Shown here: piece after piece, positions 1-9,723 of the stretch
Layout: the number at the start of each line of letters is the position of its first letter
Position numbering within the stretch: the stretch's first letter is position 1
Source of the DNA: Thermoproteota archaeon
GTDB taxonomy: Archaea; Thermoproteota; Methanomethylicia; Nezhaarchaeales; WYZ-LMO8
NCBI GenBank assembly: GCA_011605835.1
Contig: JAAOZJ010000130.1
Location: forward strand, 1-35,643
Direction: 5' to 3'
DNA length: 35,643 nucleotides
Program-made: the position numbers and the translations under genes
The notes under the pieces: model-generated
The model's input: the letters and a program-made list of their open reading frames with translations, nothing else
Database searches by the model: none
What the model was told of the DNA's origin: nothing

Positions 1-323
1 CTCAACGAATAGACCATTATCAAGAAGCTTATCCACGCAACGACGTTGGCCATTATTATGCTCAAGGGGTCGACTATTACCCCCATCTTAACTCCAAGCG
101 AGGGAATCCAGTCGTAACCTCTTGAGTTAAAGAAAGGTACGCGACCTGACCACAAGAGGGGAACCATGAAAGACGCAAAGACCGCAGCGAGGAAGGAGGA
201 AAGCACCGCCGCGTAGTCCCTGACTCGCGGGCCGAGTTTCGCGAAGGCAGGAGTCAGAGAAGCACCAACCATTGGTATTATCCAGCAGAGCCAAGCACCG
301 GCGTAGCCAATGCTCTCTGACAT
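1..323 (-). CDS. NuoL/MrpA-like proton-translocating membrane subunit, N-terminal part only (continues beyond the window start)
   Basis: Not in the ORF track. Manual translation from ATG at 323 gives MSESIGYAGAWLCWIIPMVGASLTP...YDWIPSLGVKMGVIVDPLSIIMANVVAWISFLIMVYSL, open to the window edge. W-I-P...G-x-x-x-D-P-L-S...VYS is typical of NuoL/MrpA N-termini. Same strand as the hydrogenase operon. Confidence 0.85.
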   Translation of the reverse strand, partial: MSESIGYAGAWLCWIIPMVGASLTPAFAKLGPRVRDYAAVLSSFLAAVFASFMVPLLWSGRVPFFNSRGYDWIPSLGVKMGVIVDPLSIIMANVVAWISFLIMVYSL

Positions 324-477
324 CAAGCGCGTCACCCGCGACGCCCTTCTGGTTTTTGGGGAGTGTATTTAACGCTTACTCGCGCACCTCGATTTAGGCC
401 ATGTTCTACGCCAAGTCGGATTAGCACGCAACGTTGAAGATCAATGCCTTGCTTAACCGTTTCACAACACTACGCTG

Positions 478-501
478 GCTCGCTCAATAGTTGAAGCGAG
501 C
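478..501. terminator. Imperfect hairpin just downstream of the EndoQ stop
   Basis: GCTCGCTCAA-TAG-TTGAAGCGAGC inverted repeat in the intergenic gap. Function is inferred only. Confidence 0.3.
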
Positions 502-518
502 TGCCAATACGGGCTCTT

Positions 519-1808
519 TTATTTGAGGTAGTCGACGATGCTTGTCTGGCCCTTGCGGTCAACGGGCTCGGCTCGCTCTTCTTCATCAAGTATCAATCTC
601 CCATAAACCCCGTCGTAGCCCGGCCTCACGATCACGCGTCCTTCCCTGACCCTTACTATTGCCTCTGCCACTCTGCTTGGGACTACGGCCTCGAGCTCTT
701 CGAGGCTCGCGCCCAGCAACACGTTCAGCTCGTTTCCGAACCTGTTGACCAGCTTCATGTACAGCTCCCAAACCTGCCCTGAGTACAGCCTCGCCTCCCC
801 CCTTATCTTCAAGCACTCAGCTATTATCTCGGCCAACGGCAGGAGCCTCTTGAAGTCGATGGCGCCGGGGGGCCTAAACCCCTTGGGCCTGTCCGCCAGC
901 TCCTCGACCCTCTGCTCGACCCCCTTCGTCAATTGCCTCCCGCAGACCGGGCACTTGTTGCCCCTCTTCATGGCCTCCTCAGGAGGCATCGACACTCCGC
1001 ACCTTCTGTGGCCGGTCCAGTGGTACTTCCCGTAGGCCGGGTCGACCTCTATGGTCATCAAGAACTTCGAGGGGTCCTTGCTCGCTATGGCGTTTATGAG
1101 CTCCTGATAAGTGGGCTTCTTCAAGTTGAAGACGTTAGCCTCCCTGCCGAGCCTGTGGGGGTACGGGCTATGGCTGTCGCTGTTGCTCAGGAGGGCCAGC
1201 CTGTCGAGCGCGGACACGCGCCAGTTCATCTCTGGGTCGGAGCTGAGCCCCGTCTCGAGGGCCCTTATCTTGTGGCTCTTGTCTCCGTAGCACTCCTCTA
1301 AGCTGTCGACGCCGCCTATCGACCCAAAAATTGACCACCAAGGGGTCCAAGCGTGGGCTGGGAAGATGAACACGTCGTCGTCCACCTGCAAGAGGGTTTC
1401 GACTAGCTCCGCGGGCTCTATGTTGAACACCGGCCGCCCGTCAGCTTTAAGATCGCCGAGCTTGCCGAGAACGTCAGCGACCTGCTCCGCCACCTCTAGG
1501 CTCGGCATCAAGACGACGTGGTGTATCCTCCTCGCCTTCCCCTTGACCTCGTGTATCGTCCCCACCTCCGTCTGGACCACCAAGAATAGGTCTACCGAAG
1601 AGCCCTTGACTTTGTAGAGGCCAGTCCCTGGGACCTCTTCAAGGGTCTCTTTCAGCTCTTTGAGCCACAGGGGGTGAAGCGCATCGCCAGTCCCCAAGAG
1701 GTTTATCCCCTTGAGGGGCGCGTATGTCAAGAGCTCCCTTATGTCCATCTTCTCCGACGTAGCCCCACTGTACTTCGAGTGCACGTGAAGATCGGCACAG
1801 ATAATCAC
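519..1808 (-). CDS. endoQ: Endonuclease Q (PHP domain + Zn finger + helical domain)
   Basis: Motifs DLHVHS, GTGDALHP, PAHAWTPW, ETGLSSDP, SNSDSHS, GKYHWTGHRRC...CPVCG and PGYDGVYG; C-terminal PIP-box-like QTSIVDYL. Confidence 0.9.
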   Translation of the reverse strand: MIICADLHVHSKYSGATSEKMDIRELLTYAPLKGINLLGTGDALHPLWLKELKETLEEVPGTGLYKVKGSSVDLFLVVQTEVGTIHEVKGKARRIHHVVLMPSLEVAEQVADVLGKLGDLKADGRPVFNIEPAELVETLLQVDDDVFIFPAHAWTPWWSIFGSIGGVDSLEECYGDKSHKIRALETGLSSDPEMNWRVSALDRLALLSNSDSHSPYPHRLGREANVFNLKKPTYQELINAIASKDPSKFLMTIEVDPAYGKYHWTGHRRCGVSMPPEEAMKRGNKCPVCGRQLTKGVEQRVEELADRPKGFRPPGAIDFKRLLPLAEIIAECLKIRGEARLYSGQVWELYMKLVNRFGNELNVLLGASLEELEAVVPSRVAEAIVRVREGRVIVRPGYDGVYGRLILDEEERAEPVDRKGQTSIVDYLK

Positions 1809-1867
1809 GAGTGGCTACCTGCCTAGAACCAGGCTTACTCTTACGTGTTAAAAGGGATTTTTCTCAC

Positions 1868-3421
1868 TCACGGTTGGAGCAAGGCTGAAGCCGCGCTTCG
1901 GGCAATGTCCAACAAAGGCCATGGATAGCAACCAATTATTATGAGCAGTATCATCAAGATCACTAATGGCGCTACTATCACCGGCGAGGCCTCCCTCAGC
2001 TCTTTAACGCCCTCCCCCCTAGGCCTAATAACACATATCTGCAGGAGTCTCAAGTAATACGCGGCGGCGAACACGCTATTTACCAACATTAATGATGTCG
2101 CCACGTTCATGAATGCATTGCCCACGCTGTAACCAGCCATCAGTAAGAAGAACTTGCTCACGAAGCCCGCTAGAGGAGGAGCTCCGCTAAGCGACAATAG
2201 TCCTACGGAAAAGGCAACGCCGGTCCATGGCATCGCCCTACCCGCTCCTTGGAGCTCGTAGATGTTCCTAGTCTTCGCCCTCGTGATGAAGGAGCCAGCG
2301 GCAAGGAATAGAAGTCCTTTGCCTATCGCGTGAGAGAGTATATGCATGAGCGCCCCCACTAACCCCAGAATACCTGCGATGGCAACTCCTAAATGTGAGG
2401 CATAAGCTGCGGTACCCAAGCCGAACAGTATGAAGCCTATGTTGACTGTGCTTGAAAAGGCTAAAAGCCTCTTCACGTCCCTCTGGAGCAAAGCCATTAT
2501 GTTCGCGACGGTCGTGGTTATGACGGCGAAGACCACGAAGAGCGTGCCGTAGTCGAAAGCCGTTGGTTTGAATATCATGAAGGAGCCCCTTGCAATGGCG
2601 TAGACGCCAGCCTTGATCACGAGTCCCGATAGCATCGCGCTTATGGAACTCGGAGCGGCTGGGTGGGCGTCTGGCAACCAAGTGTGGAAGGGCACTATCG
2701 AAGCCGTGACGCCGAAGCCCACAAATATCAACATCAATATCACGTAACCGTAGAGTTTGAGGGTGCCATCCGGCCTAGCAAAGGCCTCTGAGAGTAGCAC
2801 GAAGTTCAAGGTCCCAGCATAGTAGTAGAGCAATGAAATGCCGAGCAGTGCCACGAGAGAGCCCAGAGTACTCATCACGAGGTACTTGAAGCCAGCCTCT
2901 ATGGGCTCCCACCTGTACTTCCTGAAGGAGACCAAGGAGTACGACGATATGCTCATGAGCTCCCAGAAGACGAAGAGCGTGAAGAAATCACCTGCAACGG
3001 CGACTCCTACCATGCCAGCTACTAGAAGCAAGAGCATCGCATAGTACCTGTCTAAGCCCGTGTCGTGCTCCATGTACTTTATGGAGTATATGGATATTAG
3101 AAGGCCGAGGCCGATGAACAACAAAGCCATAAAGGTACTGAAGACGTCTACTCTAATTTCAACTCCTAAAGGGCGACCGAAGTTAGGGAACAACGATGAC
3201 GTGAGGGCGACTCCCTTGGCTAGTGAGCTCCAGAACCTCCAGAGGAAGTGCGCTAAGTAAATTAGTGCGAAAGAGAAGCCTACGGACGCCGCGACCCCCG
3301 TTAGGTACTTGTATTTAAGCTTCCCCTCGATGTAGCCTAATATCGGCATCGAGGCCGAAAAAACTATTAATGCTATCACAGGTCCCATAACTTCGGCGAT
3401 GCCTACTCCTGTCGCCATCAT
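1868..3421 (-). CDS. Antiporter-like subunit (MrpD/NuoM/N/MbhH family) of the membrane-bound hydrogenase
   Basis: Many TM helices; FVFWELMS, EAGFKYL, PFHTWLPDAHPAAP, KRLLAFS, H...KGLLFL and PPLAGFVSK. Confidence 0.93.
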   Translation of the reverse strand: MMATGVGIAEVMGPVIALIVFSASMPILGYIEGKLKYKYLTGVAASVGFSFALIYLAHFLWRFWSSLAKGVALTSSLFPNFGRPLGVEIRVDVFSTFMALLFIGLGLLISIYSIKYMEHDTGLDRYYAMLLLLVAGMVGVAVAGDFFTLFVFWELMSISSYSLVSFRKYRWEPIEAGFKYLVMSTLGSLVALLGISLLYYYAGTLNFVLLSEAFARPDGTLKLYGYVILMLIFVGFGVTASIVPFHTWLPDAHPAAPSSISAMLSGLVIKAGVYAIARGSFMIFKPTAFDYGTLFVVFAVITTTVANIMALLQRDVKRLLAFSSTVNIGFILFGLGTAAYASHLGVAIAGILGLVGALMHILSHAIGKGLLFLAAGSFITRAKTRNIYELQGAGRAMPWTGVAFSVGLLSLSGAPPLAGFVSKFFLLMAGYSVGNAFMNVATSLMLVNSVFAAAYYLRLLQICVIRPRGEGVKELREASPVIVAPLVILMILLIIIGCYPWPLLDIARSAASALLQP

Positions 3422-3763
3422 TCACCACCTCAATCTCTTAAGCTTCTTCAAGTCCAACGTCTTATAGTGACGATAAGCATTAACTACCAATGACAAAGCG
3501 AGCGCAGCTATGGCTCCTCCAATCACTATTGATATTATGACGAGGGCTTCAGCTAGAGGCTCCACCATTGCTCCTGTAATATGTGAAATTGTCGCTACCC
3601 TCGCCCAGCTTAACGATAGCAAGGCAGTATTGACCGCGATGGTCGTTACCTCGATCCCTATGACCGTCTTTATCATGTTCCTTTTGGAGACTAAACAGTA
3701 GACACCTATCGCGAGGAGGATGATCGAGAAGGCAATATATGCCTGTGGAGAGGTGAGCCCCAT
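3422..3763 (-). CDS. NuoK/MrpC/MbhG-like small membrane subunit
   Basis: Three hydrophobic segments; RNMIKTVIGIE and C-terminal HYKTLD...LR pattern; position in operon. Confidence 0.88.
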   Translation of the reverse strand: MGLTSPQAYIAFSIILLAIGVYCLVSKRNMIKTVIGIEVTTIAVNTALLSLSWARVATISHITGAMVEPLAEALVIISIVIGGAIAALALSLVVNAYRHYKTLDLKKLKRLRW

Positions 3764-3767
3764 TTTA

Positions 3768-4070
3768 CTATACCTCCTCCGCGGTCTCTTCCACTTCTTC
3801 TAAGGGGGCCTCAATGACTGCTTGCTCCTCTTCTGCGACCTCCTTTGGAGGTTCTATTCTGAAAAGTGCAGTGACGCCGCAGGCAGCGCCTAGTATCAGT
3901 AAGGCTTGAGTCAGCATGTCTATAGCTCTATAGCCCCAAAGCATTTCGCCTAACTTTTTGTCGAGCATGGTGATGCCCACGGGCGATGGCATACCATAGG
4001 AGAGCGAAATTAGAAGTAATGCTAAAGTCGCTATTGCTAAAATCGCACCAACTATCGTGAGGCCCTTCAT
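3768..4070 (-). CDS. Small membrane subunit (NuoJ C-terminal half/MbhE-like) with acidic tail
   Basis: Two TM segments; LWGYRAIDMLTQA resembles the MrpB/MbhE 'yRgxDTlge' pattern; operon context. Confidence 0.7.
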   Translation of the reverse strand: MKGLTIVGAILAIATLALLLISLSYGMPSPVGITMLDKKLGEMLWGYRAIDMLTQALLILGAACGVTALFRIEPPKEVAEEEQAVIEAPLEEVEETAEEV

Positions 4071-4303
4071 GCAGTTCGCCTCCTCCTAATGGTGTGGACA
4101 GTTACTATTAGTAAGACCGAGACCGCGCCTGCGTAGATCAAGAGCTGAAACACGGAAGCGTAGACCGCGCCCATGGCGTAGTAGATGATCGCCACAAAGA
4201 TGCACATGATTAGGAAGGCCATTATGCTCCTTATGAGGTCCTTGGCCTCGACGGCGAGTATGGCGGCGAGCACCGTCAAGAATATCAGCGCGAGGTCCCA
4301 CAC
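4067..4303 (-). CDS. Small membrane subunit (NuoJ N-terminal half/MbhD-like)
   Basis: Three TM segments; KDLIRS and FQLLIYAGAVSVL (NuoJ QxxxYxGA motif). Confidence 0.8.
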   Translation of the reverse strand: MWDLALIFLTVLAAILAVEAKDLIRSIMAFLIMCIFVAIIYYAMGAVYASVFQLLIYAGAVSVLLIVTVHTIRRRRTA

Positions 4304-4647
4304 GGCTCGACGACCTCCGCCTTCCTGTTGTAAGTGGCTAACTCGTAAATTTGAGTCGACTTAATAGCGTTTCGGGGGCAGGATTCAACGCACTGCGCGC
4401 AGAACGTGCACCTAGCCACGTAGTACCTGGGCTTCTTCTTACCGTCCGGCAACGTCACGAGCTCGAGGGCTTGCGAGGGACACTCCTTGACGCATAAGCC
4501 GCAACCGACGCACAGGTCGTAGTTTATCTCGATCCTGCCCCTGTAGTCCAGTGGCACGTCCCTTTTCTCGAACGGGTAGAGTAAGGTAGCCCTCTTCTTA
4601 GGGGCGGTCCTCAGCACTTCGCGGAATATTGGCATTCGCTCCACCAC
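4285..4647 (-). CDS. NuoI-like 2[4Fe-4S] ferredoxin subunit
   Basis: TLLYP..YRGR; CVGCGLCVKECP and CTFCAQCVESCP. Confidence 0.93.
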   Translation of the reverse strand: MVERMPIFREVLRTAPKKRATLLYPFEKRDVPLDYRGRIEINYDLCVGCGLCVKECPSQALELVTLPDGKKKPRYYVARCTFCAQCVESCPRNAIKSTQIYELATYNRKAEVVEPCGTSR

Positions 4648-4648
4648 C

Positions 4649-5662
4649 TCAGAGGGTTAATAGATGTATCATCAGGGGGGCCACCACGACTGCCAAGAGC
4701 AACTGGAATATGGAGAGGGGCACCAAGTACTTCCAAGCGAAGTTCACCATCTGATCGATCCTCAACCTTGACATGGCTGCTCTTATCACCGTCAGCAGTA
4801 GGAGCACTACGATAGACTTTATGACGAAGATGATCGTTGAGACTATCGCTCCTCCAAGGCCTGGTACTAAGGGGCCTGGCCAAGGACCTCCCAAGAAGAG
4901 CGTGGCCCCTAGGCCGCATAGAAAGGCCAGCTCCACGTCTCTCGCAAGTCTTAGGAGGGCAAGCTTCTTGCCCGAGTACTCGGTGGTCCAGCCAGCGACT
5001 ATCTCCGTCTCTGCTTCAGGTATGTCGAATGGCACCCTCTCCAGCTCGGCTTGTGCTGCTAGTAGAAAGATGGCAAAGCCCAACGCTTGAAAGCCCAAGA
5101 TGCTCCACCAATCTCTCTGAGCGTTTACGATGCCCTCGATGGACAGCGAGCCTCCCAGTCCAACGGTCATGGCGGTTGCTCCTAGGATCGAGGCCACGAG
5201 GGGTATCTCATAGCCCAAGAGCTGTAGTACCGATCTCTCGGCCCCCACTTCCGGATACCTGCTTGCGGGAGAAAGACCTCCTAAAAAGACGAGGATCACG
5301 AGAAGAGTCAATACGACCGCCAAGACTATCACGTCCCCGGGAAACGAGACTATCCCCTGAGGACCGCATACCGGCAAGAACAGCGCCGCGAATAAGCTCA
5401 GGGCGAGAGCGAAGACTGGAACCGAGGAGAAGATGGGCTTGATCGCGCCCTCCGGCACTATGTCCTCCTTGGCCATAAGCTTGACGAAGTCTGCGAGGGG
5501 TTGGAGCAAGCCCCAAGGGCCTGTGTAGAGGGGGCCCACCCTGTTCTGGAGCTTCGCGTAGAACTTCCTGTCTATCCACTCGAAGAAGAGGCCTAGGATT
5601 ACGAAGAAGAGGAAGCCTGGGAAGAGCAACGTCCTGAGGACGTCTATGAGCTCTTGGATCAC
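4649..5662 (-). CDS. NuoH/HycD-like membrane anchor subunit
   Basis: QNRVGP, GLLQPLADFVKLMAKE, PFDIPEAETEIVAGWTTEYSG and RLRIDQ. Start moved to the GTG at 5662 (GTGA overlap with the large-subunit stop) instead of 5908 in the track. Confidence 0.92.
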   Translation of the reverse strand: MIQELIDVLRTLLFPGFLFFVILGLFFEWIDRKFYAKLQNRVGPLYTGPWGLLQPLADFVKLMAKEDIVPEGAIKPIFSSVPVFALALSLFAALFLPVCGPQGIVSFPGDVIVLAVVLTLLVILVFLGGLSPASRYPEVGAERSVLQLLGYEIPLVASILGATAMTVGLGGSLSIEGIVNAQRDWWSILGFQALGFAIFLLAAQAELERVPFDIPEAETEIVAGWTTEYSGKKLALLRLARDVELAFLCGLGATLFLGGPWPGPLVPGLGGAIVSTIIFVIKSIVVLLLLTVIRAAMSRLRIDQMVNFAWKYLVPLSIFQLLLAVVVAPLMIHLLTL

Positions 5663-6864
5663 GGCCTCTCCCTCCAACACGGCTTGTCCTTCCAGTACAT
5701 GCGTTTTATCTGGCTGAAGGTCCAGACCCAGCTCTTGCCGCTCGAGACGTCGACGAACTTCACAGCCCTGTCCGTGCAGCTCAGGCAAGGGTCTATGCTG
5801 GCAAACGTTATGGGGACGTCCGCTATGTAGACCACGTAGTCGCCCTTTGAGGTCAGCATAACTGGGATTGAGAGGAGGTTGGCGAGCGTGGGCGCCCTCA
5901 CCTTCCACCTAAACGGCCTGTCGGTCCCGTTAGACCTGACGTAGTGGATCACCTCACCCCTGGGGGCCTCAGTCCTCCCAACGCCCTCTCCGACTGGAAC
6001 GGCCCTCGGCAACCTAGCCCTTATTGGCCCCGAGGGCATCTTCTTTATCGCCTCCCTGACTATGTTTATCGACTCGAGGGTCTCGTCGATCCTGACCAAG
6101 ATCCTCGCCGTCACGTCGCAAGTGTCGTAGGTAACGACCTTAAACGGTATCTCGTCGTATGCAGCGTGGGGGTCGTCGGCCCTAATGTCAAAGGGCACCC
6201 CCGACGCCCTAATCGTAGGACCTACAGCGCATAAAGCTATGGCGTCCTCCTTCCTGAGCACGCCGACGCCGTCGCATCGCATCCTTATTGTCTTCTCGTT
6301 CAAGCACATCTCCTTGTACTTCTTCACGGTCTCCTCCAATGCGTCCATAACCCTCAGCATCTTCTCCGCCTTCTCCTGCGGCAGATCTCTCCTCACGCCC
6401 CCTATGGTCACCAAGGCATACGTGACCCTGTTGCCAGTAAAATCCTCTATCACGTCCATAACGACCTCCCTGTCCCTCCAGACGTACATGAACAGCGTGT
6501 CGAAGCCTATCTCATGGGCCGCGACCCCGAGCCACAGCAGGTGGCTGTGTATCCTGTTGAGCTCCAGGCCTATCGTCCTCAAGTAGTCAGCTCTTCGGGG
6601 GATTTCCTTGCCTATGATATGCTCAGTCGCTTGGGCTAAGTCAAAGGCATGGACTATGCCGCAAATGCCGCAAATCCTCTCAGCTATGTAAAGGTTCTGG
6701 ATGAAGGTTTGGTACTCGCCCGCCTTCTCGATGCCCCTGTGATTGTAGCCTATCCTGAGCTTGGCGCCGACGACCTGCTCCCCGTCGACGTAACAGGTTA
6801 TGTTGAGAGGTTCCTTTAATGCGGGGTGCTGAGGGCCTACCGGGACGTCAACTATGTTACTCAT
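5659..6864 (-). CDS. Group 4 [NiFe]-hydrogenase large (catalytic) subunit
   Basis: GPQHPAL, HRGIEK, L1 motif ERICGIC, EAPRGE and L2 motif DPCLSCTDR followed by a 35-aa extension. Confidence 0.93.
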   Translation of the reverse strand: MSNIVDVPVGPQHPALKEPLNITCYVDGEQVVGAKLRIGYNHRGIEKAGEYQTFIQNLYIAERICGICGIVHAFDLAQATEHIIGKEIPRRADYLRTIGLELNRIHSHLLWLGVAAHEIGFDTLFMYVWRDREVVMDVIEDFTGNRVTYALVTIGGVRRDLPQEKAEKMLRVMDALEETVKKYKEMCLNEKTIRMRCDGVGVLRKEDAIALCAVGPTIRASGVPFDIRADDPHAAYDEIPFKVVTYDTCDVTARILVRIDETLESINIVREAIKKMPSGPIRARLPRAVPVGEGVGRTEAPRGEVIHYVRSNGTDRPFRWKVRAPTLANLLSIPVMLTSKGDYVVYIADVPITFASIDPCLSCTDRAVKFVDVSSGKSWVWTFSQIKRMYWKDKPCWRERP

Positions 6865-6867
6865 CCA

Positions 6868-7344
6868 TCAATCCCTCTCCTTGGTTATCCTCCTAAACAG
6901 CTCCTCGAGCTTCACGTCCTTCCTAAGCGGGTACAGGCCCTCGGGCCAGTCGTCCGGGAGCTCCAAGTGTGTGAGGTCGGGGTGGCCCTTGATGTCGATC
7001 CCAAACATCTCGTGAACCTCCTTCTCGTAGAAGAGGGCCCCCGGGATCACGTCGGTTATCGTGTCTATTTCGGGCTTGTCCTTAGGGACTATAGCTCTAA
7101 CTGATACGACTATGCCCTTGTACGAGAGGTGAGGTATAACTTCGAAGTGGTCTATGGCGTCCACCCCCGAAATGGTCGACACGTGCGTCACTCCCACGTC
7201 ATTTCTCAAAAACCTGATGACGTCTTTATAGGCCGACCTATCGACCGTTACGAATATCCTCCTCGCCCTCTGGACCTTGGCCTCGAGAATTCTATCTCCA
7301 AATCTTTCCTTGAGCTTGCTCACGAGCTCCTCTTCGAGTGTCAA
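6868..7344 (-). CDS. NuoC-like subunit
   Basis: ISGVD, EKEVHEMFGI..GHP and WPEGLYPLRKD. Confidence 0.92.
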   Translation of the reverse strand: MTLEEELVSKLKERFGDRILEAKVQRARRIFVTVDRSAYKDVIRFLRNDVGVTHVSTISGVDAIDHFEVIPHLSYKGIVVSVRAIVPKDKPEIDTITDVIPGALFYEKEVHEMFGIDIKGHPDLTHLELPDDWPEGLYPLRKDVKLEELFRRITKERD

Positions 7345-7778
7345 GATGCTCCACCCTTGAGCTTCTTTAGCTTCTCGAGTAACTTCACGACCCCGTTTAT
7401 TATGGCCTCAGGCTTGGGGGGACAGCCCATGACGTACACGTCGACTGGTATCACGTTGTCTAACCCAGGGTAGACGTTGTAGCAGTTCCTGAACGCGCCG
7501 CTACTGGCACAACAGTTCCCCACGGCCATCACGAACTTGGGCTCTGGCATCTGCTCGTAGACCCTCTTCAACCTCTTCTCGACCTGTTTGGTCACGGGGC
7601 CTGTGACTATCAATATGTCGGCGTGCCTAGGCGAGCCAACGAGCCTGATGCCGAACCTCTCGACGTCGTATCTGGGCGTCAGCGCTGCCACGACCTCTAT
7701 GTCGCAACCATTACAAGCGCCTGTATTGAAGTGCAACACCCAAGGGCTTCGGAGCCTAGCCCAGTCGACCAACCCCAT
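7341..7778 (-). CDS. Hydrogenase small subunit (NuoB-like, [4Fe-4S])
   Basis: GACNGCDIE, SPRHADIL, GNC and GCPPKPEA. Confidence 0.94.
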   Translation of the reverse strand: MGLVDWARLRSPWVLHFNTGACNGCDIEVVAALTPRYDVERFGIRLVGSPRHADILIVTGPVTKQVEKRLKRVYEQMPEPKFVMAVGNCCASSGAFRNCYNVYPGLDNVIPVDVYVMGCPPKPEAIINGVVKLLEKLKKLKGGAS

Positions 7779-7779
7779 T

Positions 7780-8121
7780 CTACCACCTCCTCCTCGCGAG
7801 GAGGAGTATGGCCTCTAGGGCTATGATGGCGTATATAGCGATTAAGAAGTGCGAAGTAAGTAATATCTCGGGCGACAATATGGCGAATGCTATCACCATA
7901 GCCACCATATCGAATACCAAGAAAACGATTGCGAAATTTATGAGGTGGATGGTGAATGGGACGACTTCTGCGGGGACTTCCTCGCCGCAAGCGTAGGGCT
8001 TGACCTTATCGGGGCTTGGCTTGGGTTTGGGGGCTATCTTAGCGCCCCATGCATAGGTCAAAAGAGATACCACGAGGGCGATGATGAAGGAGACCACGGG
8101 TATCGTGATCACAGAGCTCAC
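7780..8121 (-). CDS. NuoA-like membrane subunit
   Basis: KPYACGE loop and FAIVFLVFD; three TM segments; first gene of the operon. Confidence 0.88.
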   Translation of the reverse strand: MSSVITIPVVSFIIALVVSLLTYAWGAKIAPKPKPSPDKVKPYACGEEVPAEVVPFTIHLINFAIVFLVFDMVAMVIAFAILSPEILLTSHFLIAIYAIIALEAILLLARRRW

Positions 8122-8164
8122 AGCGCATCCCCGTCCGACGTGGCGCCAGTTCTCTGCTCAGGGG

Positions 8165-8178
8165 TTTAAAATATAAAT
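8165..8178. promoter_or_regulatory. AT-rich TATA-like tract in the divergent hydrogenase/proS promoter
   Basis: TTTAAAATATAAAT lies between starts at 8121 (-) and 8215 (+) in otherwise GC-rich DNA. Confidence 0.55.
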
Positions 8179-8214
8179 CCTTCGCCCGGCCTCACTTAGG
8201 GGCAAAGTACTCGG

Positions 8215-9660
8215 GTGTCTGGGGTGGCGGTGCCGCGCAACAAGAAGCACGAGAACTTCAGCGAGTGGTTTGAGCAGGTGACCCTCCACACCATGGTCTA
8301 CGACTACAGGTTCCCGGTCAAGGGCTGCGGCGTGTGGCCTGGATATGGATTCAAGCTCAGGAAGAACGTGCTCGACGTCATGAGGAGGTTGCTGGACGAG
8401 AGCGGCCACGAGGAGTGCCTCTTCCCGACCCTCATCCCCCAAAGCCTCTTGGGGAAAGAGGCGGAGCACATAAGGAGCTTTGAGGGCGAGGTCTTCTGGG
8501 TCACGAGAGGGGGCTTCACCGAGCTCGGGGAGAGGCTAGCCCTGAGGCCCACAAGCGAGACCGCGATAATGCCCATGTTGAAGTTGTGGATCAAGGACTA
8601 CAAGGACCTCCCGGTCAAGCTGTACCAAGTGGTGAGCGTGTTCAGGTGCGAGACGAAGGCGACCCACCCGATGATAAGGGTCAGGGAGGTCACGACGTTC
8701 AAGGAGGGGCACTCTGCCCACGCCACCTACGAGGACGCTGAGAGCCACGTCTGGAGCATGGTAGAGCTCTATAAGAGGTTCTTCGACGAGCTCTGCATAC
8801 CGTACTTGATATCGAGGAGGCCGGACTGGGACAAGTTCGCTGGCGCGGTCTACAGCATCGCGTTCGACACAGTCATGCCCGACGGGAGGGCGCTCCAGAT
8901 AGGGACCGTGCACCACTTGGGGCAGAACTTCTCGAAGGCGTTTGACGTCAAGTACCTGAAGCCAGATGGAAGCCACGAGTACGTCTGGACGACCAGCTAC
9001 GGCATATCCGAGCGGGTGGTAGCCGCCTTGATATCGATACATGGAGACGACCACGGTTTAGTGTTGCCGCCGAACGTGGCCCCGATACAGGTAGTAGTCA
9101 TACCGATACCCTACAAGGGCAGGGAGGCGGAGGTCTACGGCGAGGCCCGGAGGGCCTATGGCGAGCTCAAGGCGGCGGGCTTCAGGGTGGTGATAGACGA
9201 CAGACAGGACGCGACCCCGGGCTCCAAGTTCTACGAGTGGGAGCTCAAGGGGGTTCCCATAAGGGTCGAGATAGGGCCTCGCGACGTCGAGAGGGGGACG
9301 GTGACCCTCGTCAGGAGAGATTGTCTGACTAGGACGGCGTGCCCTTGGGGAGAGCTCGTAAACTATGTGAAGCAACTGGCAGAGAGGATCACGGTCGACC
9401 TGCGAGAGGCTGCGTGGAGGTACCTGAAGGAGAGGACCTTCAGGGTCAGGAGCCTCGAGGAGGTCGCGGAGCTCGTAAAGGCCAGAAGGGGAATAGTTGA
9501 GGTGCCGTGGTGCGGTCGCGGCGAGTGCGGGCTGACCCTCGAAGAGGGCTTGGAGGCTAAGATCCTGGGGACCGCCGTGGAGCCCGTGATGGTCGAGGGT
9601 CGGTGTGTCAACTGCGACCGAGAGGCCACGAAGCTGTTGAGGACGGCCAAGACCTACTAA
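8215..9660 (+). CDS. proS: Proline--tRNA ligase (archaeal type)
   Basis: [15 protein letters not shown]...[48 protein letters not shown]-terminal Cys cluster. Start uncertain (several GTGs). Confidence 0.97.
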   Translation: MSGVAVPRNKKHENFSEWFEQVTLHTMVYDYRFPVKGCGVWPGYGFKLRKNVLDVMRRLLDESGHEECLFPTLIPQSLLGKEAEHIRSFEGEVFWVTRGGFTELGERLALRPTSETAIMPMLKLWIKDYKDLPVKLYQVVSVFRCETKATHPMIRVREVTTFKEGHSAHATYEDAESHVWSMVELYKRFFDELCIPYLISRRPDWDKFAGAVYSIAFDTVMPDGRALQIGTVHHLGQNFSKAFDVKYLKPDGSHEYVWTTSYGISERVVAALISIHGDDHGLVLPPNVAPIQVVVIPIPYKGREAEVYGEARRAYGELKAAGFRVVIDDRQDATPGSKFYEWELKGVPIRVEIGPRDVERGTVTLVRRDCLTRTACPWGELVNYVKQLAERITVDLREAAWRYLKERTFRVRSLEEVAELVKARRGIVEVPWCGRGECGLTLEEGLEAKILGTAVEPVMVEGRCVNCDREATKLLRTAKTY

Positions 9661-9723
9661 AGTCGATGCAAAACCCTTATAAGATAACGTCGTCCTTGCT
9701 CTAATAGCCGGAGCAAAGGGTTG

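Noticed and set aside
5663..5908. N-terminal extension of the NuoH ORF in the track
   Set aside because: It is an alternative frame inside the large subunit; the GTGA-coupled start at 5662 fits NuoH.
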